Positions 39,925-49,302 of a stretch of 64,000 nucleotides of DNA are shown here, in pieces. The notes below the pieces were generated by a model that made no database searches, was not told the origin of the DNA, and was given only the letters and a program-made list of their open reading frames with translations. Source of the DNA: Methanothrix sp. (GTDB lineage: Archaea; Halobacteriota; Methanosarcinia; Methanotrichales; Methanotrichaceae). How positions within the stretch are numbered: the stretch's first letter is position 1; the number at the start of each line of letters is the position of its first letter. The DNA lies in the NCBI GenBank assembly GCA_037128175.1, contig JBAXWY010000005.1, forward strand, positions 40,945 through 104,944, read 5' to 3'. Both the position numbers and the translations under genes were made by a program.

Positions 39925-40213
39925 GGCAGTCATGCAAAAGCTTTTTCCCGTTTGCCGCCAGAAAGCCGTGATCAGGAGGATAATAGTAATTGATGCTCTG
40001 TCCCAAGTTCCAAAAGCTCGCCATACAGTTCTCTTCATTTTCCCTGATCACCTTTCCCAGCCCGGAGCCCCGTCCCCATGCCTGACCCCGTTCGCTTTTT
40101 CCCGGACAATCCCTCCTCTCCCAGATGAGGACATAGTCCGGTCTGGGATGGCAAGAATGACGAGTACGGCCGCCGCCGCAGCGTGGGACGAAGGCCGGAG
40201 CATCTACCCCGGG
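39925..40213 (+). repeat. ~290 bp direct repeat (copy 2) with methyltransferase 5' remnant
   Basis: ggcagtcat.caaaagctttttcccgtttgccgcc..ggaggataatagtaattga...ggtctgggatggcaagaatgacgagtacggccgccg shared with 38865-39153. Confidence 0.85.
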
Positions 40214-41001
40214 CGGCAGATGCCTGGGTAGCGTGCGCCTCGCACAGCAGCCTGGAGTGGAGCTATCTTTACGTTCCCCAGGAAGTCTTTGCCAAGATCG
40301 ATGACATCCGCCTGGAGACGCTCGAATCTCTCTGCGAGCCCGCCAAGCAGAGCCTGATTCAAGAGAAGATTGAGGCCCCACTGAGCCTGGAAAAAGGCAA
40401 TTTGGAAAAGCTCACCACGGACGAGTTTATCGTAGAAAAAGAACTCAATCTGTTGCCGCCCAAATGCAAGAAAGGCATACAGGAAGCCATCGCTCTCTTC
40501 ACGTTCCTGGAAAAGAAGAGCGATGTCTCCTATGCCGCCGTCTTCACGCCTCTCCTGGGCTCCATTGATGAAGCTGCCAGGGCCTTCATCATCTCCGCCC
40601 TGAAAGAGTCCATTCCTGAAGACTCCAAGAAACGGGAGCGCTTCTTCGAGCCGGATCTCACCGTCCTTCATCCCCGCGACCAGAGCTTTTACAAGAGGCA
40701 AGAGAATAACCTGAAGAGGACGCTCATCGAGAATGACTGTGTCATGCCCATGGGGCTCTTGAAGTGGTGCCTGGATTATGCCAAAAATCCAAAAACGCCT
40801 CCTGGCGGGATATTCTCTGCGGTAAAGGCTGCATTTGTCGAAGCGGCAAAAACGGATTTACTGGATACGGTTGACAGAATCTATTCCTTCCGCAACGAGT
40901 ACATCGCCCATCAGGAAAAGGAGCTTGTGGACAGAGAGGTGGCGAGGCAAGCAATGGTGGACTGGATCTTTGGCTTGAGGCGGATCTGGCGGGCAGAATA
41001 A
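40214..41001 (+). pseudogene. C-terminal remnant of a type III RM Res-like subunit
   Basis: WVACAS...WSYLYVPQEVF resembles the end of the type III Res nuclease domain; no helicase part; abuts the Mod 5' remnant. Confidence 0.55.
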
Positions 41002-41205
41002 TTAATCCGACGCTGATGTAGGATTTGAAGGGAAGTGATTATCTCTTGAACACCATTGACCAATGCAGAGATTTCTCTTCCCGAAGAGCTAAGTTATTAA
41101 GCTAAGAGAACAAAAGAAGCACTCCAAAATTCGTATCGCTCGGAAAAAGCATTTATACTTGTTTCTGCGTAAGGGTTCTGGTTTGTTCCTTATCATCTCG
41201 GAGGA

Positions 41206-41679
41206 TTGAAGGATTTGACAACTGTTTACGACGTACCTCCCCATGACTTGATAGCTGCCGTAGCCGAAGAGCTAAAGGCGGCAGGCAAGGTTCAGCCCCC
41301 GGAATGGGCTGAGTTTGCTAAGACTGGGGTAAATAGGGAGATGCCGCCCACAAACCCCGACTGGTGGTTTGTGCGGTGCGCATCAGTACTGCGCAGAATA
41401 TATATCGACGGCCCGGTGGGCGTTTCCCGCCTTAGAAGCTTCTACGGCGGAAAGCATCGCAAGGGTGTAGCTACAGGATTCTTCTGCAAGGGCAGCGGCT
41501 CAGTAGCAAGAGAGTCCCTGCAGCAGCTGGAGAAGGCCGGCTACGTGAAGAAGCTAAAGAAAGGGCGCCAAATGACCCCCGCGGGTCAGGCATACCTTGA
41601 TGGGGTAGCCCATAAGGTGAGAAGCCAGATGCAAGGCTCGGCGGCACCTGCAGCAGAACCTGCTGCCGATTCGGCATAA
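41206..41679 (+). CDS. rps19e: 30S ribosomal protein S19e
   Basis: TTVYDVP, PPEWAEFAKTG, WWFVRCASVLRRIY, GSGSVAR. Confidence 0.95.
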   Translation: MKDLTTVYDVPPHDLIAAVAEELKAAGKVQPPEWAEFAKTGVNREMPPTNPDWWFVRCASVLRRIYIDGPVGVSRLRSFYGGKHRKGVATGFFCKGSGSVARESLQQLEKAGYVKKLKKGRQMTPAGQAYLDGVAHKVRSQMQGSAAPAAEPAADSA

Positions 41680-41703
41680 AGCTTAGCGAGGACTGAAAAA
41701 AGT

Positions 41704-42045
41704 ATGGCTGATGATGAGCTTGCAAATTTAAGACAAAAGAGGATGGACCAGATCCAAAAACAGCAAATGGATTCGCAGATGGCTGCGGCTCAGCAGGAGC
41801 AGGCCCAGCAGGAGATGGAGTCCAAAAAGGCAAACCTGATGCGGACCATCCTAACACCTGAAGCACGGGAACGGCTCAATGCGATACGCATGACCAAGCC
41901 TGAGTTCGTCACTCAGATTGAAGGCCAGCTCATCATGCTTGCTCAAAGCGGCAGGCTGAGGGGCGCAATCACCGACGAGCAACTCAAGGCGATCCTCAAG
42001 CAGGCTCAGCCCACGAAGAGAGACATCACCATAACCAGGAGATAA
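41704..42045 (+). CDS. PDCD5-like dsDNA-binding protein
   Basis: [19 protein letters not shown]; conserved position after rps19e. Confidence 0.92.
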   Translation: MADDELANLRQKRMDQIQKQQMDSQMAAAQQEQAQQEMESKKANLMRTILTPEARERLNAIRMTKPEFVTQIEGQLIMLAQSGRLRGAITDEQLKAILKQAQPTKRDITITRR

Positions 42046-42069
42046 AGCGGCTGAAGCTGTAGGCAGTTC

Positions 42070-42726
42070 ATGAAGGTTGCAGTCTTATTTTCCGGCGGAA
42101 AAGATAGCAGCTTGGCGGCTCTTCTTCTCGAACCGTTCTTTGACGAGATAGAGCTTGTCACCTTCAGCTTCGGCCATGATGATACCTGGACGAGAGCGGC
42201 TGATGCAGCACGAGAGCTTGACCATCCCCACAGGAGGATGGTCTTTGAAGATAGCGTCCTGGAGCGGGCCCTGGAGATACTGCTTTGCACGGGCTATCCC
42301 AATGATGCTCTCAATTATGTTCATCCCATTGCAGTAGAAACTGTAGCTAAAGAGTGCGAATTTGTGGCGGACGGGACGAGGCGGGATGATCGCGCACCCA
42401 AAATGGGCTTTAGCGCTATCCGAAGCCTGGAAGACCGGTTGCATATGCAATACTTAAGACCCCTGGCGGGCCTGGGTCAAAAGACGATCCGGGCCATGGC
42501 CTCGCGCTATTTGGACTTCGAGGAAGAGCTATCCGAGAGGTATCCCGCCTCAGACTTCGAGGTGGGCCTGAGATATGCGCTAAAAGAGAGGTGCGGCCAG
42601 GCTAAGGTCGATGAGATCTTCCCCTCCAATCATACGCACACCAGAGTTATCCGGAGGAAGAGATTTGTCCAAGAAATTAAAGGGCAAGAAGATCAGGCTT
42701 GCCAAGGCGTTCAATCAGAATCGTAG
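42070..42726 (+). CDS. PP-loop (AANH-like) ATPase family protein
   Basis: [19 protein letters not shown]; conserved position in this archaeal operon. Confidence 0.85.
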   Translation: MKVAVLFSGGKDSSLAALLLEPFFDEIELVTFSFGHDDTWTRAADAARELDHPHRRMVFEDSVLERALEILLCTGYPNDALNYVHPIAVETVAKECEFVADGTRRDDRAPKMGFSAIRSLEDRLHMQYLRPLAGLGQKTIRAMASRYLDFEEELSERYPASDFEVGLRYALKERCGQAKVDEIFPSNHTHTRVIRRKRFVQEIKGQEDQACQGVQSES

Positions 42727-42817
42727 GGTTCCCTCCTGGGTCATTGTCAAGACCATGAGGAAAGTAGTCACTCATCCCAAGAGACGACATTGGAGAAGAA
42801 GCAGCTTAGAGAGATAG
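42665..42817 (+). CDS. rpl39e: 50S ribosomal protein L39e
   Basis: [30 protein letters not shown]; TTG start at 42665. Confidence 0.93.
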   Translation: MSKKLKGKKIRLAKAFNQNRRVPSWVIVKTMRKVVTHPKRRHWRRSSLER

Positions 42818-42819
42818 AC

Positions 42820-43086
42820 ATGGCGGACACAGAACGAGTTTACACCATACCCCTGGGTATAGTCAAGTGCGCTCCCATTTACAGAAGGTCCAACCGGGCC
42901 ATAACCGAGATTAGAACCTACCTCGCCCGGCATATGAAGGTGGAAAAGAAAAATATAAAGATCGACCCGGGTCTAAGCGAAGTCATCTGGGCCAGAGGCG
43001 ATATGAAGCCTCCCCGGCGCGTAAGGGTACGCGCGGTCAAGTTCGAAGACGGCGGGGTTGAGGCGGAGTTTGCTGGTGACAGATAA
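42820..43086 (+). CDS. rpl31e: 50S ribosomal protein L31e
   Basis: ERVYTIPL, RAITEIR.YLARHMK, IWARG..PPRRVRV. Confidence 0.93.
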   Translation: MADTERVYTIPLGIVKCAPIYRRSNRAITEIRTYLARHMKVEKKNIKIDPGLSEVIWARGDMKPPRRVRVRAVKFEDGGVEAEFAGDR

Positions 43087-43741
43087 ACGATTAAAGATAG
43101 CAGGAAGCAGCCTTCTCGGTGTATTTGCCAAATGCACGGATAAGGTTCTACTCGTACCGCAGGAAGTGGGCGAAGCCGATCGGCAATTACTCGAGGCCGG
43201 GCTGAAAGTTCCGTCCGTGCGGGTACTGGCCGGTGTAGGCTCCGTCTTGGGGTCCCTGGTCGCGGCCAATAGCAATGGCTTCGTGGTAACCCATCACGCT
43301 GGCAGTGAGGAGCTCAAGGTTCTTCGCGAACACGGCGAGGTCGCAAGACTGCCGGCCAGGATCAATGCCGCGGGCAATGTGATTTTGGTCAACGACAGCG
43401 CTGCTTTGGTCCATCCGGAGCTGTCTAGCAAGGCCTGCGAAACGATAGAGCAAACTTTAGGCGTAAAGTTGGAGAAAGGCACTATCGGTGGCCTGAAGAC
43501 CGTGGGGATGGCAGGAGTGGCAACAAACAAAGGGCTTCTTGTGCACCCACGCATCTCCGAAGAGGAGGTAGCCGTCTTAGAGGGGCTTTTCGGGCTGCCT
43601 GTGGACGTGGGCACAGTGAACCTCGGCTCGCCGCTGGTGGGCTCGGGTGTGCTGGCCAACAGCCATGGTTACTTCGCAGGTACAGGGACTTCCGGCCCAG
43701 AGCTGGGGCGCATCGAGGACGCACTAGGTTTCCTGGTTTAA
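43076..43741 (+). CDS. eif6: Translation initiation factor 6 (aIF6)
   Basis: LGSLVAANSNG, GNVILVND, GTVNLGSPLVGSG, TSGPELGRIEDAL. Confidence 0.93.
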   Translation: MTDKRLKIAGSSLLGVFAKCTDKVLLVPQEVGEADRQLLEAGLKVPSVRVLAGVGSVLGSLVAANSNGFVVTHHAGSEELKVLREHGEVARLPARINAAGNVILVNDSAALVHPELSSKACETIEQTLGVKLEKGTIGGLKTVGMAGVATNKGLLVHPRISEEEVAVLEGLFGLPVDVGTVNLGSPLVGSGVLANSHGYFAGTGTSGPELGRIEDALGFLV

Positions 43742-43770
43742 TGAATGATGAATAGAGTAGGGGTGGAATA

Positions 43771-43959
43771 GTGAGCAAATTCGAGATCAAAGGAAAGTAC
43801 AAGGGAGGACTTGTCGGCAAGACCTGGCTGCCCTTTAGCAAGGTTGTTGAGAGCCAGAACGAGAAAAATGCCGTAAATAAAGTCTATTCCCTCATGGGAA
43901 GCGAACACGGCCTGAAGAGGAACCTCATCACGATAGACGGGGTGTTGGCTGTTGAGTAG
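43771..43959 (+). CDS. rpl18a: 50S ribosomal protein L18a/LX
   Basis: FSKVVE..YSLMGSEHGLKRNLI.I. Confidence 0.9.
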   Translation: MSKFEIKGKYKGGLVGKTWLPFSKVVESQNEKNAVNKVYSLMGSEHGLKRNLITIDGVLAVE

Positions 43960-44416
43960 CGCTCCTGGAGGCGAGGAAGAGGTCAGAAGGCTCCTGGCCA
44001 CATATCAGCAGTATCAGGCTCAAGCGGACGGCATAATGCAACAGCTCAGTCTGACACAGATGACGGCTGAGGGCTTGGAGAGGGCACTCTTAGCAGTAGA
44101 GGCCCTGGCCGAGGCACAGGTCGGACAGGAGATTCTCGTTCCCATCGGATCTGGGTCTTTTATCCACGGAAATCTCGCCTCTAAGGAGAAAGTAGTCTTG
44201 AATGTGGGCGCGGGCGTTAGCATTGAAAAGACCGCCGCCGAGGCTAAGGATATTCTGACTGTCCGAAAGGCAGAAGTTCTTGAAGGATCTAAAAAGCTTA
44301 ATGAAGTGCTTACCAAGATCGATCAAGAGATGCAGAAGATCCAGGCCGTAATGCAGCAATTTGAAGAGAGCGCTAATTCGCATCAGCACGGACCGGGGTG
44401 CGAAGGGGTTGTTTAG
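43952..44416 (+). CDS. pfdA: Prefoldin subunit alpha
   Basis: EILVPIGSGSFI, VVLNVGAGVSIEK, coiled-coil arms. Confidence 0.93.
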   Translation: MSSAPGGEEEVRRLLATYQQYQAQADGIMQQLSLTQMTAEGLERALLAVEALAEAQVGQEILVPIGSGSFIHGNLASKEKVVLNVGAGVSIEKTAAEAKDILTVRKAEVLEGSKKLNEVLTKIDQEMQKIQAVMQQFEESANSHQHGPGCEGVV

Positions 44417-45602
44417 TCGCTTTAAGGAGAAGCTCTCCGGCTTCAAAGAGGCTCTGTCCTCCAAAATTGCCGAGAAGGTCTCCCTGGCCGAGAAGATAGC
44501 TGGAAAGAAAGATGATAAAGAGATAGGCAGCATAGGTAGCCAGACCGAAGCACTCCCTCTCCCTGCGGCAGATAAAAATGCTGCCCTGGAGAAGTCTTCT
44601 GCAACCAATACCAATCTCTCCAGTACAACTCTCTCCAGTGCATCCCCCGTAAAACCTTCTCTGTTTCCAGAAAAGGCCGCTACCGACAACAAGCCTAAAA
44701 GCCGATTCTCCTTCCTGGAAAAGGCTAAGAGCCTGATATTTGAGCAGGAAATAATACTGGAAGAAAAGGATCTTGAGGGGCCCATGTGGGCTCTGGAGAT
44801 GGCCCTTATGGAGAGCGACGTGGCCCTGCCCGTGGCGGAAGAGATCATCAGAGAGGTTAAGAGCGATCTGGTGGGAAAGAAGAGAAAAATCGGTGCAGAC
44901 ACAGGGGCCATCGCCGAGCAGTCTCTGCGAAATGCTCTTTTAACGATTCTTTCCAGGAATTATCTGGACTTTGACGAGTACATCAAGACCAAAGAAAAAC
45001 CCATCAAGATTCTTTTCGTAGGTGTGAACGGCACGGGAAAGACAACCAGCATCGCCAAGGTGGCCCGGTATCTGATGAACCAGAGCTACTCCGTAGTCCT
45101 GGCAGCAGGCGATACCTTCCGAGCCGGAGCCATTGAGCAGCTTGAGGTGCACGGCAATAGCCTGGGCCTTAAAGTTGTCAAGCACAAGACGGGCGGCGAT
45201 CCGGCGGCTGTGATCTTTGACGCCATCGAGTATGCCAAGGCACACAACAAGGATGTGGTTCTGGCGGATACGGCGGGAAGGCTGCACACCAATATCAATC
45301 TCATGGATCAGATGAGAAAGATTGTGCGCGTGACCAAGCCCGATCTGCTCATCTTCGTGGATGAAGCAATAGCCGGAAACGATGCCGTGGAGAGGGCGCG
45401 CCTCTTCAACGAGTCGGTGCCCATCGACGGCTCCATTCTTACCAAGACGGATGCCGACGCCAAGGGCGGCTCCGCGATCTCCATTGCCTACATCACCGGC
45501 AAGCCCGTGCTCTTTTTGGGCGTGGGCCAGACCTATCCCGACCTGGTGAAGTTCGAGCCAGAGTGGCTGGTGGATAGATTGATGGGAGAAGCGGAAGCGT
45601 AA
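44409..45602 (+). CDS. ftsY: Signal recognition particle receptor FtsY
   Basis: GVNGTGKTT, DTFRAGA, DTAGR, TKTD, GVGQ; probable TTG start at 44409. Confidence 0.95.
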   Translation: MFSRFKEKLSGFKEALSSKIAEKVSLAEKIAGKKDDKEIGSIGSQTEALPLPAADKNAALEKSSATNTNLSSTTLSSASPVKPSLFPEKAATDNKPKSRFSFLEKAKSLIFEQEIILEEKDLEGPMWALEMALMESDVALPVAEEIIREVKSDLVGKKRKIGADTGAIAEQSLRNALLTILSRNYLDFDEYIKTKEKPIKILFVGVNGTGKTTSIAKVARYLMNQSYSVVLAAGDTFRAGAIEQLEVHGNSLGLKVVKHKTGGDPAAVIFDAIEYAKAHNKDVVLADTAGRLHTNINLMDQMRKIVRVTKPDLLIFVDEAIAGNDAVERARLFNESVPIDGSILTKTDADAKGGSAISIAYITGKPVLFLGVGQTYPDLVKFEPEWLVDRLMGEAEA

Positions 45603-45724
45603 ACTCTTTTTTGAGTCCGCACCAACATAAAAATGGTTTATCATTTCCGATCGTATCCTGCTCCTGGCAAGTTAGGAACGCAACTTGTTATGGATTGCTG
45701 AAAAAATATGGGATTTTGAAAATC

Positions 45725-47635
45725 CTAATGAATTGCTTTATTGTTCCACTCAATCATCATGATAGCTGGCGCTTTGCTGTTGTACTTCAATGTATGCGTC
45801 TTTCGAGTGTGCACAAATATCTTCAGCAGATATCGATCACCACTCTCATCGGTAAAATACAAATACATGTAACCTGAACCGGCGCCTTTTGGCCCTTGGG
45901 CGTCAACGCTGAGTTGATACTCATATATTCCTGATCCTTTGTCGAGACGAATTCCAAAGACTGCTCCATTGTCGTTTGCGATCATGCAGCTCGACAGATC
46001 CGATTTGCCATTGAGCACTACGGACTCTGTTGGCTGAAGACCCGCCACTGAAACTGCCGACGAGTTCTGACCGCACTTGCCCTTAAATGATCCTCCGACC
46101 ACGCCAGGAATGACTTTGAAATTGACGAAGAGAGGATGCCCTGTTTTAGGAACCTGTCCTGGTGGCAGCCATCCTCCATCCCCGGCCTTTGCCTGGAAAC
46201 TGCTTCCTCCGGAGCAACTATTGGGATAGATGCCCGTAGGGCAGTCAAAACAAAAGACATAATTTGTGCCGTCATCTGCCCGATAAACAACAACAGCATC
46301 TGAACCATGCGGTAGTGGAGTCGAATCTGGATAATCCTGCAACCACAGGGTCGCTTGCGACCTCGCTGCTATATGCTGGGGAAGGTTAATGAAGTGACCG
46401 TGACCAACGTCGCAGCGTGCAAGGGTGAGGTTTTGGTTATTTTGGGAATTGTCGATAAGCACATAACACGAAAAGTCCATGAAAGGCGTGATTACTATTG
46501 ATGTAGTCGGTGCAGGGCAAGCAACGATTGCAAAACTGCCGTCAGCTTGGAGAATGACTTGTTTGATTTCCGTAGTTAAAGAATCCTTATTGACAACTGT
46601 GAAGGAAATGGCTTTTTTCGGCATGTCGGCTGTAGATGGGCACTCGAAGCCAGAGTTTATGTAGCTAACCAGTGACCCCGAGAGTCCTGAGATGGGTGCA
46701 TGAGTGTGACCCATGACCACAACCTGAGCATTGCTTCTGAAGGCCTGGCGTTGCGCAAACCATCCCATATACGAAGCGTCATAATCGGCCAGGGCCGCCT
46801 TTACTGCAACGAGCAGTCCATCTTTACCGCCGCCGCTTTCTGCCACCCACCTGGTGAAGATATCGTTGTACACTGCCTTGACCTCAGTCAGCGTTGTTAT
46901 TGAGCCGTTCGCTAGCAGAATCGGCCATGATTCCGACACACCTTCTTTCCCTGCGATGCCATCAATAAGTGCTGCGGAAATCGATACATCGAAATTCTTT
47001 AGCGCATTTAGGATGATCGATAGCGCGTCTATGCCATTGGGATAACCCTGATCTTTTAATTCCGATACATTTTTGCCAGCTGGCAAATTAGACTGCCAAT
47101 ATGTGGCAATAGTCCGGGTCACAAAGTGTCCAACAGGCAACGGGGCCCACTTGGTAGCTAAATCAGGAGCATTGAACATCGTAAAATCATTGCCATGCGT
47201 CATAAGTATGCGCGAATCGCCTGCAGGATTGTAATTTTTTTGGGAAAACCTGAGATTATGTCCGCCTGGGCTCTTGACCGAGGCGACATCAGCTCCGGTA
47301 ACAGACATGTCATGATTTCCAGGGATGTACGTCACGGCTCCCCCTAGAGCATCGAGGACTCTTGCTAGCCCTCCTTGCAGCCCGAAAACGTTAGGGTTTT
47401 TCGAGGCGATCGTTGCGAAACTTGGCGGTTGAACATTGAACGGATAGGTCCAGGTATCAACAACATCACCTGCCAAGACAAGTTCGCTAACATTCTCGGC
47501 ATTTTCTACAATCCATTTGAGAATTGTCAGCAAATATTGTTCATGAACGCTTTTTTGATACCAACATGTCGGCGAATTGTCACCGATGTGGATGTCGCTC
47601 AACATAACGATTTTATTTTTCATAAAATTCCTCAC
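45725..47635 (-). CDS. Calcineurin-like metallophosphoesterase fused to C-terminal beta domains (aegerolysin-like)
   Basis: SDIHIG, GDVVD, GNHD, HG, GHTH motifs; the C-terminal ~260 aa is beta-rich. Confidence 0.75.
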   Translation of the reverse strand: MRNFMKNKIVMLSDIHIGDNSPTCWYQKSVHEQYLLTILKWIVENAENVSELVLAGDVVDTWTYPFNVQPPSFATIASKNPNVFGLQGGLARVLDALGGAVTYIPGNHDMSVTGADVASVKSPGGHNLRFSQKNYNPAGDSRILMTHGNDFTMFNAPDLATKWAPLPVGHFVTRTIATYWQSNLPAGKNVSELKDQGYPNGIDALSIILNALKNFDVSISAALIDGIAGKEGVSESWPILLANGSITTLTEVKAVYNDIFTRWVAESGGGKDGLLVAVKAALADYDASYMGWFAQRQAFRSNAQVVVMGHTHAPISGLSGSLVSYINSGFECPSTADMPKKAISFTVVNKDSLTTEIKQVILQADGSFAIVACPAPTTSIVITPFMDFSCYVLIDNSQNNQNLTLARCDVGHGHFINLPQHIAARSQATLWLQDYPDSTPLPHGSDAVVVYRADDGTNYVFCFDCPTGIYPNSCSGGSSFQAKAGDGGWLPPGQVPKTGHPLFVNFKVIPGVVGGSFKGKCGQNSSAVSVAGLQPTESVVLNGKSDLSSCMIANDNGAVFGIRLDKGSGIYEYQLSVDAQGPKGAGSGYMYLYFTDESGDRYLLKIFVHTRKTHTLKYNSKAPAIMMIEWNNKAIH

Positions 47636-47897
47636 TCATTCTATATACATAAGCTTTCATCTCAGTTAGACTTTGCAGACATAGCATATATTTTTTTGCA
47701 AGTCTCAGGAAAAACCATCATTGGACATTCATGGAATGCTCCAACATGACGCCATTCAATGCCATCCGCTCCTAACTCAAATCCTCTCTTAGGAGTACTC
47801 TAAGAATGGAGCAAGGAAAAAATGATCAAATGGAGAAAAAAGATTGAAGAGAAATGATGTTTTCCTCCAATCTTCCTGAGGCCTTTGGAACTACGCA

Positions 47898-48695
47898 TCA
47901 ATCCAGGATCTTGATGGCCTCTTCTGCCGTCTTGCCCTTGTTGACAATAGCCGCAATGGCCATGGTCATCTTCACAGGGTCGCTGGCCTGGAAGACATTT
48001 CTGCCGATGGCCACGCCCCGCGCGCCCGCCTGCAGGGCTCCCTCGATCATTTGCAGGAACTCCATGTCCGTCTCGGTCTTGGGCCCGCCGGCAATGACCA
48101 CAGGCACCGGACAGCCCTCCACCACTTGCCGGAAGGAATCTATATCGCCAGTGTAGTTGGTCTTGACGATATCCGCGCCAAGTTCCGCTCCGGCCCGGGC
48201 GGCATGGGCCACGACCTCCACATCATTGGGGTTCAAGATGGCTTTGCCGCGCGGGTACATCATGGCTATGAGCGGCATGCCCCAGAAGTCACAGCGTTCA
48301 CTGACACAGCCCAGTATGCTGAGCTGATCGGACTCTGTCTCAGAGCCGATGTTGATGTGAACGGAAACTGCATCAGCACCCATCTTCAGGCACTCCTCCA
48401 CCAGGCAGACCTGCACCTTGTTGTTGGGATCGGGGCCGAGGGATGTGGAGGCGCTCATGTGCACAATCAGGCCGACATCCCGACCGTAGCCGCGATGTCC
48501 ATGCCGAACCATTCCCTTCTGCTGGAGAACGGCATTGGCTCCACCCTTGGCCACCTTGTTTACCATTTCCGGCAGATCGACCAATCCCTTGATGGGGCCG
48601 ACAGATATGCCGTGGTCCAGTGGAATTATGACTGTGTTCCCGCTGTCTCTGTCCATTATCCTTTCAATTCTTACTCTCTTGCCAATCTCACCCAA
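47898..48695 (-). CDS. aroA': 2-amino-3,7-dideoxy-D-threo-hept-6-ulosonate synthase (DhnA-type aldolase)
   Basis: [33 protein letters not shown]. Confidence 0.85.
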   Translation of the reverse strand: MGEIGKRVRIERIMDRDSGNTVIIPLDHGISVGPIKGLVDLPEMVNKVAKGGANAVLQQKGMVRHGHRGYGRDVGLIVHMSASTSLGPDPNNKVQVCLVEECLKMGADAVSVHINIGSETESDQLSILGCVSERCDFWGMPLIAMMYPRGKAILNPNDVEVVAHAARAGAELGADIVKTNYTGDIDSFRQVVEGCPVPVVIAGGPKTETDMEFLQMIEGALQAGARGVAIGRNVFQASDPVKMTMAIAAIVNKGKTAEEAIKILD

Positions 48696-48798
48696 ATCGT
48701 ATCATCTCGTGAATGCTAACATGCTCCATGCTAACACGTATCATATTTAAGGATTGCGATTAGCTTGATTACGATTAATAAAAAAATTTTAGAAATGA

Positions 48799-49191
48799 CT
48801 AGCTGCAACCGCAGTCGCCGTGATCGTGCCCGCAGCCGCTGTGGTCATGGTCGTGGTCGCAACTGCTGTGATCATGCTCGCAGCTGTCGACATTGCCACA
48901 AGAACCACAACTTGATACTTCATCTTCTGGACCCCGAATGATGAAACCGGTTCCTCGATCGTCGTCCACATAATCAATTATAGTCTCGCTGAGCATTTCA
49001 GTATCTTCCGGGCTCATGTAGACCTTTATGCCCCGGCTCTCAAAGACCTTGTCACCTACTTCCTCGTCTCCCAAAGCCAGACCATAATTCGCGCCGGTAG
49101 AATCAATAGCCGCCAGGAACATCCTGATCACTTTGCCTTCCACCAGGCTATTCTTTATCATATTGGCTGCCGCCTCTGTAATCTCGATCAT
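48799..49191 (-). CDS. HesB/IscA-like protein with His/Cys-rich tail
   Basis: MIEITEAAA, YGLAL, D.VFES.GIKV, IDYV..GFII, SCGSCG then CEHDHSSCDHDHDHSGCGHDHGDCGCS. Confidence 0.75.
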   Translation of the reverse strand: MIEITEAAANMIKNSLVEGKVIRMFLAAIDSTGANYGLALGDEEVGDKVFESRGIKVYMSPEDTEMLSETIIDYVDDDRGTGFIIRGPEDEVSSCGSCGNVDSCEHDHSSCDHDHDHSGCGHDHGDCGCS

Positions 49192-49302
49192 GAATAACAC
49201 TCCAAATGTGTATCTTCGCAAAACTGGTATTTAAAGCATTATTATCAGGATCTTCAGGCAAGAATGGAGGATTTATCATGGAGGAGCAACAAGGGATAAA
49301 CC

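Noticed and set aside
39877-40038. N-terminal extension of the acylphosphatase ORF in the track
   Set aside because: Runs through the promoter and the direct repeat; the domain begins at ATG 39876.
47778-47796. Near-palindrome tcttaggagtactctaaga
   Set aside because: Single short occurrence with no second copy or associated regulator; insufficient support.
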